A DNA stretch of 64,000 nucleotides, from NCBI RefSeq assembly GCF_032444005.1, contig NC_091285.1:632276001-632340000 (forward strand), written 5' to 3'. Made by a program: the position numbers and the translations under genes. This document shows positions 13,203-25,100 of the stretch, one piece after another (the stretch's first letter is position 1; each line of letters opens with the position of its first letter). The notes below the pieces were generated by a model that saw only the letters and a list, made by a program, of their open reading frames with translations, searched no databases and was not told where the DNA came from. This stretch comes from Ranitomeya imitator. Its lineage: Eukaryota.

Positions 13203-16007
13203 CTAGATGGTAGCCCTATTCTAACGCATCGGGTATTCTAGAATATGTATGTAGTTTACTGTATTTATGAAGATTTTAGAATAATACATTGAATACACAG
13301 GATTCGGCCGGCCTGGTGCGACCAATTAGTGAAGCGTGGTTCAAATCCCGCACCAATTCGCGGCTGGACTGCACCTGATGCTGATTGTTTGCGGCCGGCC
13401 ACGTAGTATATAGCACAGCCACGTAGTATATAACAGCCCATGCAGTAAATAGCACAGCCACGTGGTACATAGCACAGCCACGTAGTATATTACACAGCCA
13501 CGTAGTATATAGCACAGCCCATGGAGAACACAGCACAGCCACATAGTATATAGCACAGCCCACGGAGTGTATAACAGCCCACATAGCATATAACACAGCC
13601 ACGTAGTTTATAACAGCCCTCGTAGCATATAACACAGCTCACGTAGTATATAACTGCAGCGCCCCAGAGACCTGGTCGTTGCAGTATAGCGCTCTGCCAC
13701 TAAGGGGAGCAGCGGTACGTCTGATGGCACTAAAGAGTTATCCTGACCAGGTATCACCAGAACACATTACACTTCACACTCCGGCCACTAGGGGGAGCAA
13801 AAGGCTTTATTTATTGGGCCACTCCTCACACTGGTAAAACTAGGGGCTGGGGAGGAAGTTAGTCAGAAGCTGACTGGGTTGGATTCAGGCAACATCCCGT
13901 GGCAGGGGGTGTTGCAGGGAGAAGACACAGGGGGGTCCCTGTCAGGCGTGGGAACCTGGCAGGTGCCTAGCGAACAGAACAGAACGTAACGGGACCGCGC
14001 CTGCACTACCTTGCGGTGGTATCCTAAGAAAGAGACAAGAAGGGAAGGATATTGTGGAACAGTGTAAATGAGATCAGCACAAAGGAGAGCCAGTAAGAGT
14101 CGTGCCGAGAGAGGAAGGCAACATCTTACTGAGGCACGTAGCCGGTGGCCGGATCACCGTAGGAGTAACTGACTTCAGGCCTTACTTCAAATTCCGCTGG
14201 ACAGTTAATCATAGGTTGGCTGTCTACCTTCTACACCTACGAAGACATAGGGGGCAACATTGGGAGAGGGGCGTCTCTAGGGTCCCGGAAGACCTCCAAG
14301 CCTTCCCGTCAAACGGGTGGCGTCCTAGCCATAACATATCTGGGGGACGTTAGAAACTAGCAACATCTGGAACCAAAGAACGAGAGAGAGAGAGCTGTAG
14401 AGAACGAACGAACGAGAACAGCAGTTGTGAGGACTATTCCGAATGCTCAGCAGGGTAGGACTACAACACACAGGCGCTATTGGTAGGCAACGATTTCCAT
14501 CTGTGAGGGAAACTCTGGATGTGCCCATCGGTCCGGCCGGTCTCAGAGAGCCTTGTTGAACGTACTCTGGATTGAGGATCCTGAAGCCTTCAGTAAAGAG
14601 GTAAAGAGACTGCAACCTTGTGTCCTCGTTATTGACTGCGCCTTACACCATCACCATCCACCTTACTGGGAAGCCCTGGGGACATACTTCACCTGTGGGA
14701 AGTTATATCATCCAGCTGCCATTCCATCACCCCAGTGGACCCCACAGCAGCGTCGGTCACCCTGACCGAACACCACAGGTGGCGTCACGAACCATTGACA
14801 GACTGTACAAATCCCTTTACTGGACGCCCCTTAGCAGGGTCACGGACCGGGTCTAGCCACCGTGACAGCCTCAGAACCGAACCAGAGAGGCCCGGTACCG
14901 AGAACTCGTGGCCCTGTGTCTGGGGGCGCTCCATAACAGCTAACGCACACAGTATATAACACAGCCCACGTAGTATATAACACAGCCCACGTAGTGTATA
15001 GCACAGCCCATGTAGTGTATAACACAGCCCACGTAGTATATAGCACAGCCACGTAGTATATTGCACAGCCACGTAGTATATAGCAGCCACGTAGTATATT
15101 GCACAGCCACATAGTATATAACACAGCCCACATAGTATATAGCACAGCCACGTAGTATATTGCACAGCCACGTAGTATATTGCACAGCCACATAGTGTAT
15201 TGCACAGCCCACGTAGTATATTGCACAGCCCACCTAGTATATTGCACAGCCCATGTAGTATATTGCACAGCCCACGTAGTATATTGTACAGCCCATGTAG
15301 TATATAGCACAGCCACGCAGTATATTGCACAGCCACGTAGTATGTTGCACAGCCACGTAGTATATAGCAATGTGGGCATCATATCCCTGTTAAAAAAAGA
15401 ATTAAAATAAAAAATAGTTATATACTCACCCTCCGTCGTCCCCCCGGATCCAGGCGAGGCGGTTACCGATGCTCCTCGCGCGCTCCGGTCCCATGAGTGC
15501 ATTGCGGTCTCACGAGATGATGACGCAGCGGTCTCGCGAGGCCGCTACGTCATCATCTCGTGAGATCGCAATGCATGGAGCGGTCACCGGAGCGTCGTGA
15601 GGAGCGGGAAAGGCCTGTTCTGGATCCGAGGGGCCGACGGACAGTGAGTATATAACTATTTTTATTTTTTTTTATTATTTTTAACATTAGATCTTTTTAC
15701 TATTGATGCTGCATAGACAGCATCAATAGTAAAAAGTTGGTTACACAGGGTTAATAGCAGCATTAACGGAGTGCGTTACACCGCGGAATAACGCGGTCCG
15801 TTAACGCTGCCATTAACCCTGTGTGAGCGCAGACTGGAGGGGATTATGGAGTGGGCACTGACTGCGGGGAGGAAGGAGTGGCCATTTTGCTGCCGGACTG
15901 TGCCCGTCGCTGATTGGTCGTGGCTGTTTTGCCGCGACCAATCAGCGACTTGGGATTTCCGTGACAGACAGAAGGACAGACAGACGGAAGTGACCCTTAG
16001 ACAATTA
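13203..16007 (-). mobile_element. Non-autonomous Helitron-like element with ~20-bp minisatellite
   Basis: On the - strand it ends with a CCCGAT...ATAGGG hairpin then CTAG|T; internal (CACAGCCACGTAGTATATAG)n; 5' end in the gap. Confidence 0.7.
13655..14933 (+). mobile_element. Solo LTR (4-bp TSD TAAC) inserted in a Helitron-borne minisatellite
   Basis: TGCAGCGCCCC...GGGGCGCTCCA termini, TAAC duplicated. Confidence 0.88.
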
Positions 16008-16276
16008 NNNNNNNNNNNNNNNNNNNNNNNNNNNNNNNNNNNNNNNNNNNNNNNNNNNNNNNNNNNNNNNNNNNNNNNNNNNNNNNNNNNNNNNNNNNNN
16101 NNNNNNNNNNNNNNNNNNNNNNNNNNNNNNNNNNNNNNNNNNNNNNNNNNNNNNNNNNNNNNNNNNNNNNNNNNNNNNNNNNNNNNNNNNNNNNNNNNNN
16201 NNNNNNNNNNNNNNNNNNNNNNNNNNNNNNNNNNNNNNNNNNNNNNNNNNNNNNNNNNNNNNNNNNNNNNNNNNNN

Positions 16277-16360
16277 TCGATCGATCTATCCATCCATCTA
16301 TTGATAGATAGATGATAGATAGATGGATGGATAGATAGATGGATGGATAGATAATAGATA
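16277..16360. repeat. (GATA)n/(GATG)n microsatellite
   Basis: Directly visible, next to the gap. Confidence 0.9.
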
Positions 16361-16439
16361 GCCCTAATCTCTAAGAACAGTAGGAGTGGTGCGTTTATTC
16401 TGGGAGTGCCATTTCCTCCTCTCACCCCTCCTGTGCAGG

Positions 16440-16446
16440 TATATAG
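16440..16446 (+). promoter_or_regulatory. TATA-like box of the SFTPB promoter
   Basis: TATATAG about 44 bp upstream of the predicted ATG; a forkhead-like CGTTTATT lies about 50 bp further upstream. Function is inferred from position only. Confidence 0.55.
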
Positions 16447-16483
16447 GGTCAGCAGGTAAGGGACTCTACCCATTACAGTAATC

Positions 16484-16532
16484 ATGGAAGGACCACGAAT
16501 TAGCCTGGTATGTCTCCTGTGTCTGATCGCAG
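16484..16532 (+). CDS. SFTPB: SFTPB coding exon 1 (signal peptide MEGPRISLVCLLCLIA)
   Basis: ATG at 16484, about 44 bp after a TATA-like TATATAG; hydrophobic 16-aa stretch; donor G|GTGAGT in phase 1, matching the phase-1 start of exon 2 (gives ...LIA-AVSG-KVL). Confidence 0.8.
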
Positions 16533-16589
16533 GTGAGTCGTTTCTCTGGATTATAGGAGGTGGAGGGATGGAGCTGGTAGACTTGCTGT

Positions 16590-17870
16590 GATAATAGTAG
16601 ATAGCATTAGTAAGGATTGTCTCCATGAAGGCAAAGTTGAGAGACCTGTCTCTGCTGTCAATCAATATTGTAATAATTTTCAACCAAATGCTTTGTTATT
16701 CTCCACGTCTGGTCTTCTCTGTGGGGTTCAGGTTTCTCTATGTAATGTTCATGGTTCTCATGATAAGTCTGTGTGTTTTTGAGGATCATCTCCTTTTCCT
16801 TCGTGTTTTCTAAGCATGATCTAGATCTTCTCATAGAATAACCAACATAGAGCAGCTCTTCACGCTCGCTGGTCCTTGTATTAGCTTCAAGGTGAAGGTC
16901 TGACTTAGTTTGATCACTCTTGTCTTCTCCATCTCTGACCTTGAGAAGTATCAGCTCACCTATTTCTACAGATTTCACATCCACAGATGAATCTATACCT
17001 TGGACAAGACTATAGATAATTCACTGCATGGAAAAATCGTGCATTCTTTTTCTACTATGTCCCAGCTTTGGCTGTATCTCTATTGGGCACATTTTCTATG
17101 TCCATATCTTCACCATCAGCAAATAATCCTGCTGGATTTCATAGTGCCATTATGAGTTTTCTGAAAGTTTTTGGAACTTTTTTCCCAACTATCTTGAATA
17201 AATATCTACTGAATTTCCATTTGTTATCTGTAGATGACAATTTAGGATTAGGACTAAGACACATCAGTTTCCCTTCTGTGCGGTCTAGTCATCAGCTTGT
17301 AATGTTACCCACGTACAGCATTTGTCAAGCTAAGACTAATATAAAACTATCATTATGGGAGAGGGATAAACAGTTGTGGCCATAAATATTGGAACAGTTC
17401 ATAGATAAGGAGTGTGGATGTTTTATTGTCCTCTGATTGAGGTCTGGTTCTGTGTTGTGATGCCCCCACAAGGTCTGAGGAGCAAATTCCTTAATTGATG
17501 TAAAAAGACATAAATCCATGAGACACATTCATTCCTGCACGGAGAGTGTCAAAGGTCGTCATGAGTTTATACTCCCTGACTCTTCTGTCTCTCTGAGATT
17601 TGAAGTTACCTTTTAATACAAGTAATTTCATGTCCATGTTGCTGTGATCAGGGAGACAAAAATGCTTGGCCACAGGTAGATCCATTCTTTTTTTTCTTTT
17701 ATTGTGTGGCGATGAGAATTCATCCTTGTTCTAAGTGTTTGCCCTGTCTCCCCTACATACAGACCCCCGGCTGGACATTTGGTATAAATAATTAAGTACA
17801 CTACATTAGATGTGATGCAGCTGAAAGTACCTGGGATCTTGTAGTCCTGATGAATCAATTCTCAGAACTC
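16590..17870 (-). mobile_element. Penelope-like retroelement remnant with GIY-YIG endonuclease
   Basis: VVYLIIYTKCPAGGLYVGETGQTLRTRMNSHRHTI / DLPVAKHF...REYKLMTTFDTL, frameshifted in a poly-T run. Boundaries are approximate. Confidence 0.8.
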
Positions 17871-18115
17871 TGGTGTAGCATTGGAGTATATGCAGCGCTC
17901 CACTGGTACCAGCAAAAATCTACTATCATAGAAGTTTGGAATATCCATTAAAACTTTATACCAAGCTGTAATATAAGCTAAGGAAATTGTGAAAAAGAAG
18001 TCATATGCCTCCATAAGTCTGTTGAACCAGATTCAGCAGCATAGTGAGGGGTTTCATAGTTTTAAGGTTGAAGGTAGACTTGAGTCCATCGAGTTCAACC
18101 TATAGCCTAACATGT

Positions 18116-19218
18116 GTCAACATCAATCCTTATATAGATCCATTTAATCATAATAATATGGATGCACTCAATCAAATGAGAAACCAAGGAATGCGCTCCC
18201 GAGGGGAAAACAAATCCCAAGGAGACCAATGAGGTGCAATACAACTCCAAACTAAAATCACACATTTAGTCAAAAAATATTAAAATATAGTTGAAATACA
18301 CAAAAATAAAAAGCAACAATTCCACACAATTGTCAGAGCACAGTGGTGTCAAGAGTAGACCAATCAATATATATTAGGGATAATGTAAATATAAACTCCT
18401 ATGTGTTGTTGGATAGATTTCTAAGTATGGGATGGGACACACTGTGAAATATAAATCATGAATATGTATTCTGTGAATGATATGCACATAAGAATAATAA
18501 ATATCAAATATCTCATGCATATCACCGCCATATTACAATGTTAATAGTCATTTTCCTCAGAAAGCAGGGTGAATGAAACGCGCGTCGGGGCTCAGGCCAC
18601 ATGGGTCTGCACCAAAGTAAAGTAAGGTTTCTTCATATGTCCTTTTCTCCCCTTTCTTAATTTAGTGATTTATCTTCACTATAATGCCATAAAAACTTAG
18701 CATTATAATACGGAGGTTCCATGCACTAGCACTTTATATATCTACCTCATTTATTATTGTCATTGTCATTGGGAGTTACAGTATTTTGCAGTAGCGCCTT
18801 ATTTCCTTCGGCAACATCGATACATGTTATGGTATATGTGGGATTATTTTGAGACAACTATCGGTGATTTGTTTATAATCAATGTGAAATTTGATATTTA
18901 TTATTCTTATGTGTATACCATTCACAGAGTACATATATACATGATTTACATTTCACAGTGTGTCCCATCCCATGCTTAGAAACCTATCCTACAACACATA
19001 CAAATTTATATTTAGATGATCCCTAATACATATTGATTGGTCTTGACACCACTGTGCTGACAATTGTGAGGAATTCTTGCTTTTTATTATTGCGTATGTA
19101 AACTATATTTTAATATATTTTGAATAACTGTGTGATTTTAGTTTGGAGTTGTATTGTACCTCATTGGTCTCCTTGGGATTTTTTCCCATGAGAACCCTTT
19201 CTTTGGTTTCCTTATTCA
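18116..19218. mobile_element. 1.1-kb fold-back insertion (probably Penelope-derived) splitting a CR1 3' end
   Basis: Inverted arms at about 18180-18510 and 18885-19211; CTAACATGT duplicated at 18107 and 19219; the flanks join into one reversed CR1 3' UTR. Confidence 0.7.
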
Positions 19219-20379
19219 CTAACATGTTGATCCAGATGAAGGCAGATACCCCAGAGGGCAGACACTAATAGCTCCATATTAGGGGAAATATTCCTTTCCG
19301 ACTCCATACGGCAATCAGACTAGTTTCCAGGATAACAAAACTCTAGTAACTGGGGACACTTAAATGGAAAAACTCAGCTCCAAAAAGGCTATTTACCTGC
19401 CGGTATAGTGGTAATCTGCAGGTAAATAGCTTTTAAGTAAAATATGGCAGTATTCCTGGAGCAGTGGCTACTGAGAGAAAATTAAGTTATATTTTCCCTG
19501 CAGCTGCTCACTTCCAGTTATCGGGGTGGTGCAGGGAGCTGATACAGCCAGTCATCACTCATTATACAGTGAGTGCATTGTAATTACTCCCCAGCACAGT
19601 GATTGACAGCCTTCTGTGCAGTGTATTTGCAGTGTGTATGCAGTGTGTGTGCAGAGCAGAACCTCCTTGCATCTTGTGTCAGCATCAAGAGATCACTGCA
19701 GCCAATAACTGACCGTAGCAGTGATCCGATAGTCAACCTGCGGATGACCTGAATGTAAGGAGTGACCAAGATGACATTGAATATATGGAAGTACTGAGTA
19801 TACTGTTTGCCTGGGGAAAGGCACCCAGTGCCGGAATATAAGATCAGATCTCAGTAGGGTGAATCTCAAACTCCCCAGTTTGGTAATGATCCCCTTAATG
19901 TGAGTGGGTGTGGGGCAGCCTTTACCATGTCCCCTCCACTAGCTTTGGAGCTCATAGTCACACAAGCAAATTCATGCACATGCTAATCACAACTGGGGCA
20001 TGCATACGCCAAGGCTTAAAGGGTACAGAATTAGGAAAAGCACATACTAACCCTAGAAATGAATATTAAAATATAACAAGAAACGTAGCTGCCATCTCTG
20101 TTCCTTAGTCTGCAGTATTTTCTGCTGAAACTGAATCGTAAAAATCCTGCAGAGACCAGGGGTTAATCTGACGATCAGTTACATTTTTGAGATGTGGCAG
20201 ATAGAAACAGGAAGGGATCTCAGTAATTTTGGTCCTGCAGTAGACAGGACAGAGGGGGGAGGCTCCTGCTGCAGGCAGTTGTCTCACAGCCACACACAGT
20301 GTAGGATGGGGCTAGGGCTGTAGTCATGGCCGACAGTAATCCCTGTATCACCCGCTGGTCCCTTCCCTTCTGAGTACCT

Positions 20380-20753
20380 ATAAGTATATAAGGGGACAAT
20401 ACAAATATCTCGCTGAGGATCTGTTTATACCAAGGAAGGTGACGGGCACAAGGGGGCATTCTTTGCGTCTGGAGGAGAGAAGGTTTTTCCACCAACATAG
20501 AAGAGGATTCTTTACTGTTAGGGCAGTGAGAATCTGGAATTGCTTGCCTGAGGAGGTGGTGATGGCGAACTCAGTCGAGGGGTTCAAGAGAGGCCTGGAT
20601 GTCTTCCTGGAGCAGAACAATATTGTATCATACAATTATTAGGTTCTGTAGAAGGACGTAGATCTGGGTATTTATTATGATGGAATATAGGCTGAACTGG
20701 ATGGACAAATGTCTTTTTTCGGCCTTACTAACTATGTTACTATGTTACTATGT
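20380..20753 (+). mobile_element. CR1 LINE 3' end inserted in one LTR
   Basis: ORF2 C-terminus TRGHSLRLEERRF...RGFFTVRAVRIWNCLPEEVV..., (ACTATGTT)n tail, TACCT duplicated; absent from the sister LTR. Confidence 0.9.
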
Positions 20754-22055
20754 TACCTCGGTACTGCTCCTATACTCCATCTTGGTTCTCCCGGTACGGG
20801 GTTATTTCCTCTGCAGACGGTTCCACAAATAAAGAGTCACAGTCCGGCTTTGCTTTAACTTCAACTCTTTTACTCAGCACTGCATCATCCATGGCACAAT
20901 CAATCACAGCAATTGGCAACGCTTTCCCTTGCTCCTTCTCTGCCGCTAAGCCTGTCCCCGGGATGGACCATATTTTCTGCCGTTTTGCCCCGGTCCTAAG
21001 AATAGCGGCCCACGCAAAAATCTGCCACATGTTGGATTACTTGCTCCCATTCTGCTTTGCCTTCTTCCTCAGTGCTACAGCCCCAGTCACTCTGCGTAAG
21101 GCTAGCTCTGCTGCTGTACTCTCTTCTATGCTCTGGCCCCCTGGATGCTAGATGCTGGGCCCGCTCTACTAAAACGTTATGTAGCACCGTGTTACCCTGG
21201 GCTAGACAGCCCTAGTGAGCTACACAGGCTCCCCGGCCCCAACTAACTAAAACCGGGAAGACCTCACTATCTTATCCCACCGTGCCCCTCCTACGTTAAC
21301 TATTTCCTATCCTAACTACCTCTAAGCTATAAGGCTAACCCTGCAATGCTCCCATCTACTGGCCAATTTGAGGTACTACTACCCTTAGCACTATACCTTC
21401 AACTAGTGACCGGCCCAGGGTGCTCACTTTCCCTAACATGCAGTAGATGTGCAAGTCATATTAACAATCAGAACATTAATTGTAATACACATTATTAGTG
21501 TAGCAGTACCAAAAAAAAACACAGTAGTGATAATACACCAAATAGTGTAGCAGTATCACATTAAATAAACATATAAAAGGCATAAAACATATTAATATCA
21601 CACTCCTTACATTCCCCTTTCTTTTAATATGGTTGTCTTTAACCATTGAAAAACTTTAATAATATATATAACTATACTTTAATAACAAGGAGGACTCAGT
21701 ATGAGTCAAGTCCATATGTACACTTTTGTGAACGGGAGACACTAAGAACACAGTTCTTAGAAAAGTCCTGCTTTTCCAGTAGAATGGGCTCAATAGGTGC
21801 AACAAAAACAAAACAAAAGAGTCCATAGGCTCTAAATATAACACACCCAGCTCGCAGTCCTCTGGATCAAAATAGGCACACATAAAAGAAGACACAAATG
21901 TCCTTATGACTGCTTCTGGTTATGAAACTCCCCTGTTCTTTGGGGAAGGAACTCCAGGGCATCTACCTTTTCCTGGAAGGATGCAGTACAGTCCATCATC
22001 ATTTTTTTTTAGTGCAATGGCACAACACAAGTTCAGTCTCTACTCCTTCTCCTCT

Positions 22056-22814
22056 TTAATGGCACATGCCCCATGCCGCTCCAGTCTTAGCGGAATCCCA
22101 TTCCCGGTTTCGGGACGGGGGTGACTCTGCAGCCGCAGAAGCCACAGGCTGCCATGATGAGACAGCTGTGGTGGGGGCTTGGGAGGCAGAAGCTGTGTGA
22201 GGCACCGACCGGGCCAAACTCGAGCCCGCGTACAGCTTCATCTCCTCCGGGGTGCAAAGGGTGACAGCCACCGCAAAATAGCCCCGAAGGCAATTTTCTT
22301 TGAAAAAGGAGACCCAATCCCCTTCTTCCAAGGGTCTCCCAAACTTCACTGAGGCGGCATAGATCTTCTCATTAGACCCGACCTCGCAGATGAACCTGAA
22401 ACCACGACCTAATTCTACGTAGACCAGCTGGCCATAGGTACACCGACCAGCCATAGCACCACCTCCTGACCGACGTAACTCGGCCCACACCTCCTTTTCC
22501 CTCTTTTTCTTCTGTTCCACTATGTCAGCTATCCAGGCCAACTGGTCTGGAGAAGGAAACGGGCCCTCAGTAACATGGGCAGGACATGCGACTCCCTGGG
22601 AACCCTGGGTGCTCGCGACGTGCCTCCCCTCAAATACCCAGCGAGCCGTCGTACGCCCCAGGACTTCTGACTCCTCTCGCACAGGACGGTTGGCCGCGGC
22701 AGGGGTGAATAACCCGGATCGGGCTCTGGGAGCAGATGATAGGGAAGAAGTCTCGCTCTCTTGGGGCATGGGTCGATCCACACTCACCACCTCGGGTTGC
22801 TGTCTCCGGACCAT
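22056..22814 (-). CDS. Element-borne 252-aa ORF with a cold-shock-domain-like segment
   Basis: GQLVYVELGRGFRFICEVGSNEKIYAAS...LEEGDWVSFFKENCLRGYFAVAVT aligns by eye to the CSD consensus. Translation is not demonstrated. Confidence 0.55.
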   Translation of the reverse strand: MVRRQQPEVVSVDRPMPQESETSSLSSAPRARSGLFTPAAANRPVREESEVLGRTTARWVFEGRHVASTQGSQGVACPAHVTEGPFPSPDQLAWIADIVEQKKKREKEVWAELRRSGGGAMAGRCTYGQLVYVELGRGFRFICEVGSNEKIYAASVKFGRPLEEGDWVSFFKENCLRGYFAVAVTLCTPEEMKLYAGSSLARSVPHTASASQAPTTAVSSWQPVASAAAESPPSRNREWDSAKTGAAWGMCH

Positions 22815-24882
22815 ATCCTATCCGTGACTGCTGCATCTTTCCACACAGGTGGTGCGGACTGATCTTTCTGGAAGTAGTTTCGGCTTCGGCCTTGCTTCCG
22901 GTTCAGGCTCCCATTGGCGTGAAGACTCCGGTCCAGATGGAAGCCCCGGCTCCTGACGTCGGTCATCCCGCCCCACTGGGCCTGGTCGCTTGACGTCTTC
23001 TGGGTGTTGTACGGCCTCAAGCAGCCACTGGGGTCCCCATCAGGTAAGGGTACCGCTCTCCACGCCTCGCCGTTCCGCTGTACAGGTTGGGTACTCTCTC
23101 TCCCCTCCCACCATCTCCATTCTAGATGGCTCACTTCTCCGTAGCTCAGCGTGCAGGACCGATGCATTGCCGCTGGTGGCGGGTTGCATAATGGCACCGC
23201 GCAGCTGCACCCATGAGTTTCTTGTGGGCCCCACCCATTCCAGGGTGGGATAGCTTCCAGCCAATCCACCCATTCTCTTTCAAGTAGTCTCAGGAAGCGT
23301 GGGGCTAGGTGTCTTTAGCACTTCCTCCGGAGGTGCCGCCTGAAAGATCTTTGCGCCATTTCCGTGCAGTCACGCTCATGAAAGGTGTGGGCACAGCAGT
23401 TGTCTCTGTGTTTGGCGCCATTCTCTGCCACCTCGGCCGCCATCTTGGTCACATCAGTCCTTTGCAAATTTCTTGTCACCTCCAGATTTCTTGTCACCTC
23501 CAGGTGATCCGTTCCTCCTGGAGTCTCGGTTTTGGTCTAATCCAGTATATTATTTCCATTGTTGCAATGTTCAACCCGCTCATCTCGGGTCTCCTCCGCT
23601 ACGGTTTCACCACCATATGGGACAATGAGATGCTGCTGACTATGTCAAGTGTAGGATGGGGCCAGGGCTGTAGTCATGGCCGAAATTAACCCATGTATCA
23701 CCTGCTAGCCCCTTCCCTTCCAAGTACCTCGGTACTGATCCTCTACACCATCTGGGTTCTCCCGGTACAGGGTTATTTCCACAAATAAAGAGTCACAGTC
23801 TGGCTTCACTTTAACTTCAACTCTTTTACTCAGCACTGCATCATCCAGGGCACAATCAATCACAGCAATTGGCAACGCTTTCCCTTGCCTCTTCTCTCTG
23901 CGGCTAAGCCTGTACCCGGGACGGAACGTATCTCCCGGTCCCTCAGTGTCCTCAATGCCCAGAATCTCTGCTTCTCGTGGGGGTATTTTATGCCATATCG
24001 ACTCGGTCCTAAGAATAGAGGCCCACGCAAAAATCTGCCACATGTTGGATTACTTGCTCCTGTTCTGCTTAGCCTTCTTCGTCAGTGCTACAGCCCCAGT
24101 CACTCTGTGTGGGCTAGCTCTGCTGCTGTACTCTCTTCTATGCTCTGGCCCCCTGGATGCTAGATGCTGGGCCCGCTCTACTAAAACGTTATGTGGCACC
24201 GTGTTACCCTGGGCTAGACAGCCCTAGTGAGCTACACAGGCTCCCCGGCCCCAACTAACTAAAGCTGGGAAGACCTCACTATTTTATCCCACCATGCCCG
24301 ACCCACGTTAACTATTTCCTATCCTAACTACCTCTAAGCTATAAGGCTAACCCTCCAATGCCCCCATCTACTGGCCAATTTGAGGTACTACTCTCCTTAG
24401 CACTATACCTTCAACTAGTGACCGGCCCAGGGTGCTCACTTTCCCTAACATGCAGTAAATGTGCAAAACATATTAACAATCAGAACATTAATGGTAATAC
24501 ACATTATTAGTGTAGCAGTACCAAAAAAAACACAGTAGTCATAATACACCAAATAGTGTAGCAGTATCACATTAAATAAACATATTTAAGGCATAAAACA
24601 TATCAATATCACACTCCCTACAACAGAAAAAGAGGAGAAGGATGAGTGGGACAAGATTGAAAAGATTTCTTTGTTTATAACAAGATATGGTGAAGGAAAC
24701 ACAGAAAATGAAGAAAGGAATTCCACTGGTATTTTTATTTTGTATTCTTCAAATTGTAGTGATCTTTTATGTTACGCTCATGTCTTATGGATAAGCATGT
24801 GGGTCATTTAGAAGATAAATTCTATCAGAAGTCAAAGTGTGTTAGTGATAAATCTGGTTCTCTTGATGTAACATGACTCTTT

Positions 24883-25074
24883 GGCCATGTTCACATGGTC
24901 AGTATTTGGTCAGTATTTTACATCAGTATTTGTAAGTCAAAACCAGTGAGCGATACATACAGAAGTGGTGCATATGTTTCTATTATACTTTTCCTCTGAT
25001 TGTTTCACTCCTGATTTTGGCTTACAAATACTGATGTAAAATACTGACCAAATACTGAACGTGTGAACGTGGCC
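24883..25074. mobile_element. PIF/Harbinger-like MITE 26 bp upstream of SFTPB exon 2
   Basis: GGCCATGTTCACA ... TGTGAACGTGGCC|TTA. Confidence 0.7.
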
Positions 25075-25100
25075 TTAAGGTGTCTTCTCTCTTTCCACAG

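Larger units (their letters stand above)
20300..24622 (-). mobile_element. Complete non-autonomous LTR retroelement (no gag-pol recognisable)
   Basis: LTRs at 20300-21611 and 23650-24622 with TG...CA ends; ACAG TSD; decayed tRNA-Ser-type PBS at 23630-23647; PPT complement at 21612-21625. Confidence 0.92.

Noticed and set aside
13276-15502. ORFs of (YYVAVLYTTWLC)n type
   Set aside because: Translation of a ~20-bp tandem repeat.
20770-24043. Similar ORFs MWQIFAWA(A/S)ILRT... at 20770-21030 and 23705-24043
   Set aside because: They are the same position in the two LTRs of one element, so the similarity is not independent evidence of coding; no recognisable domain.
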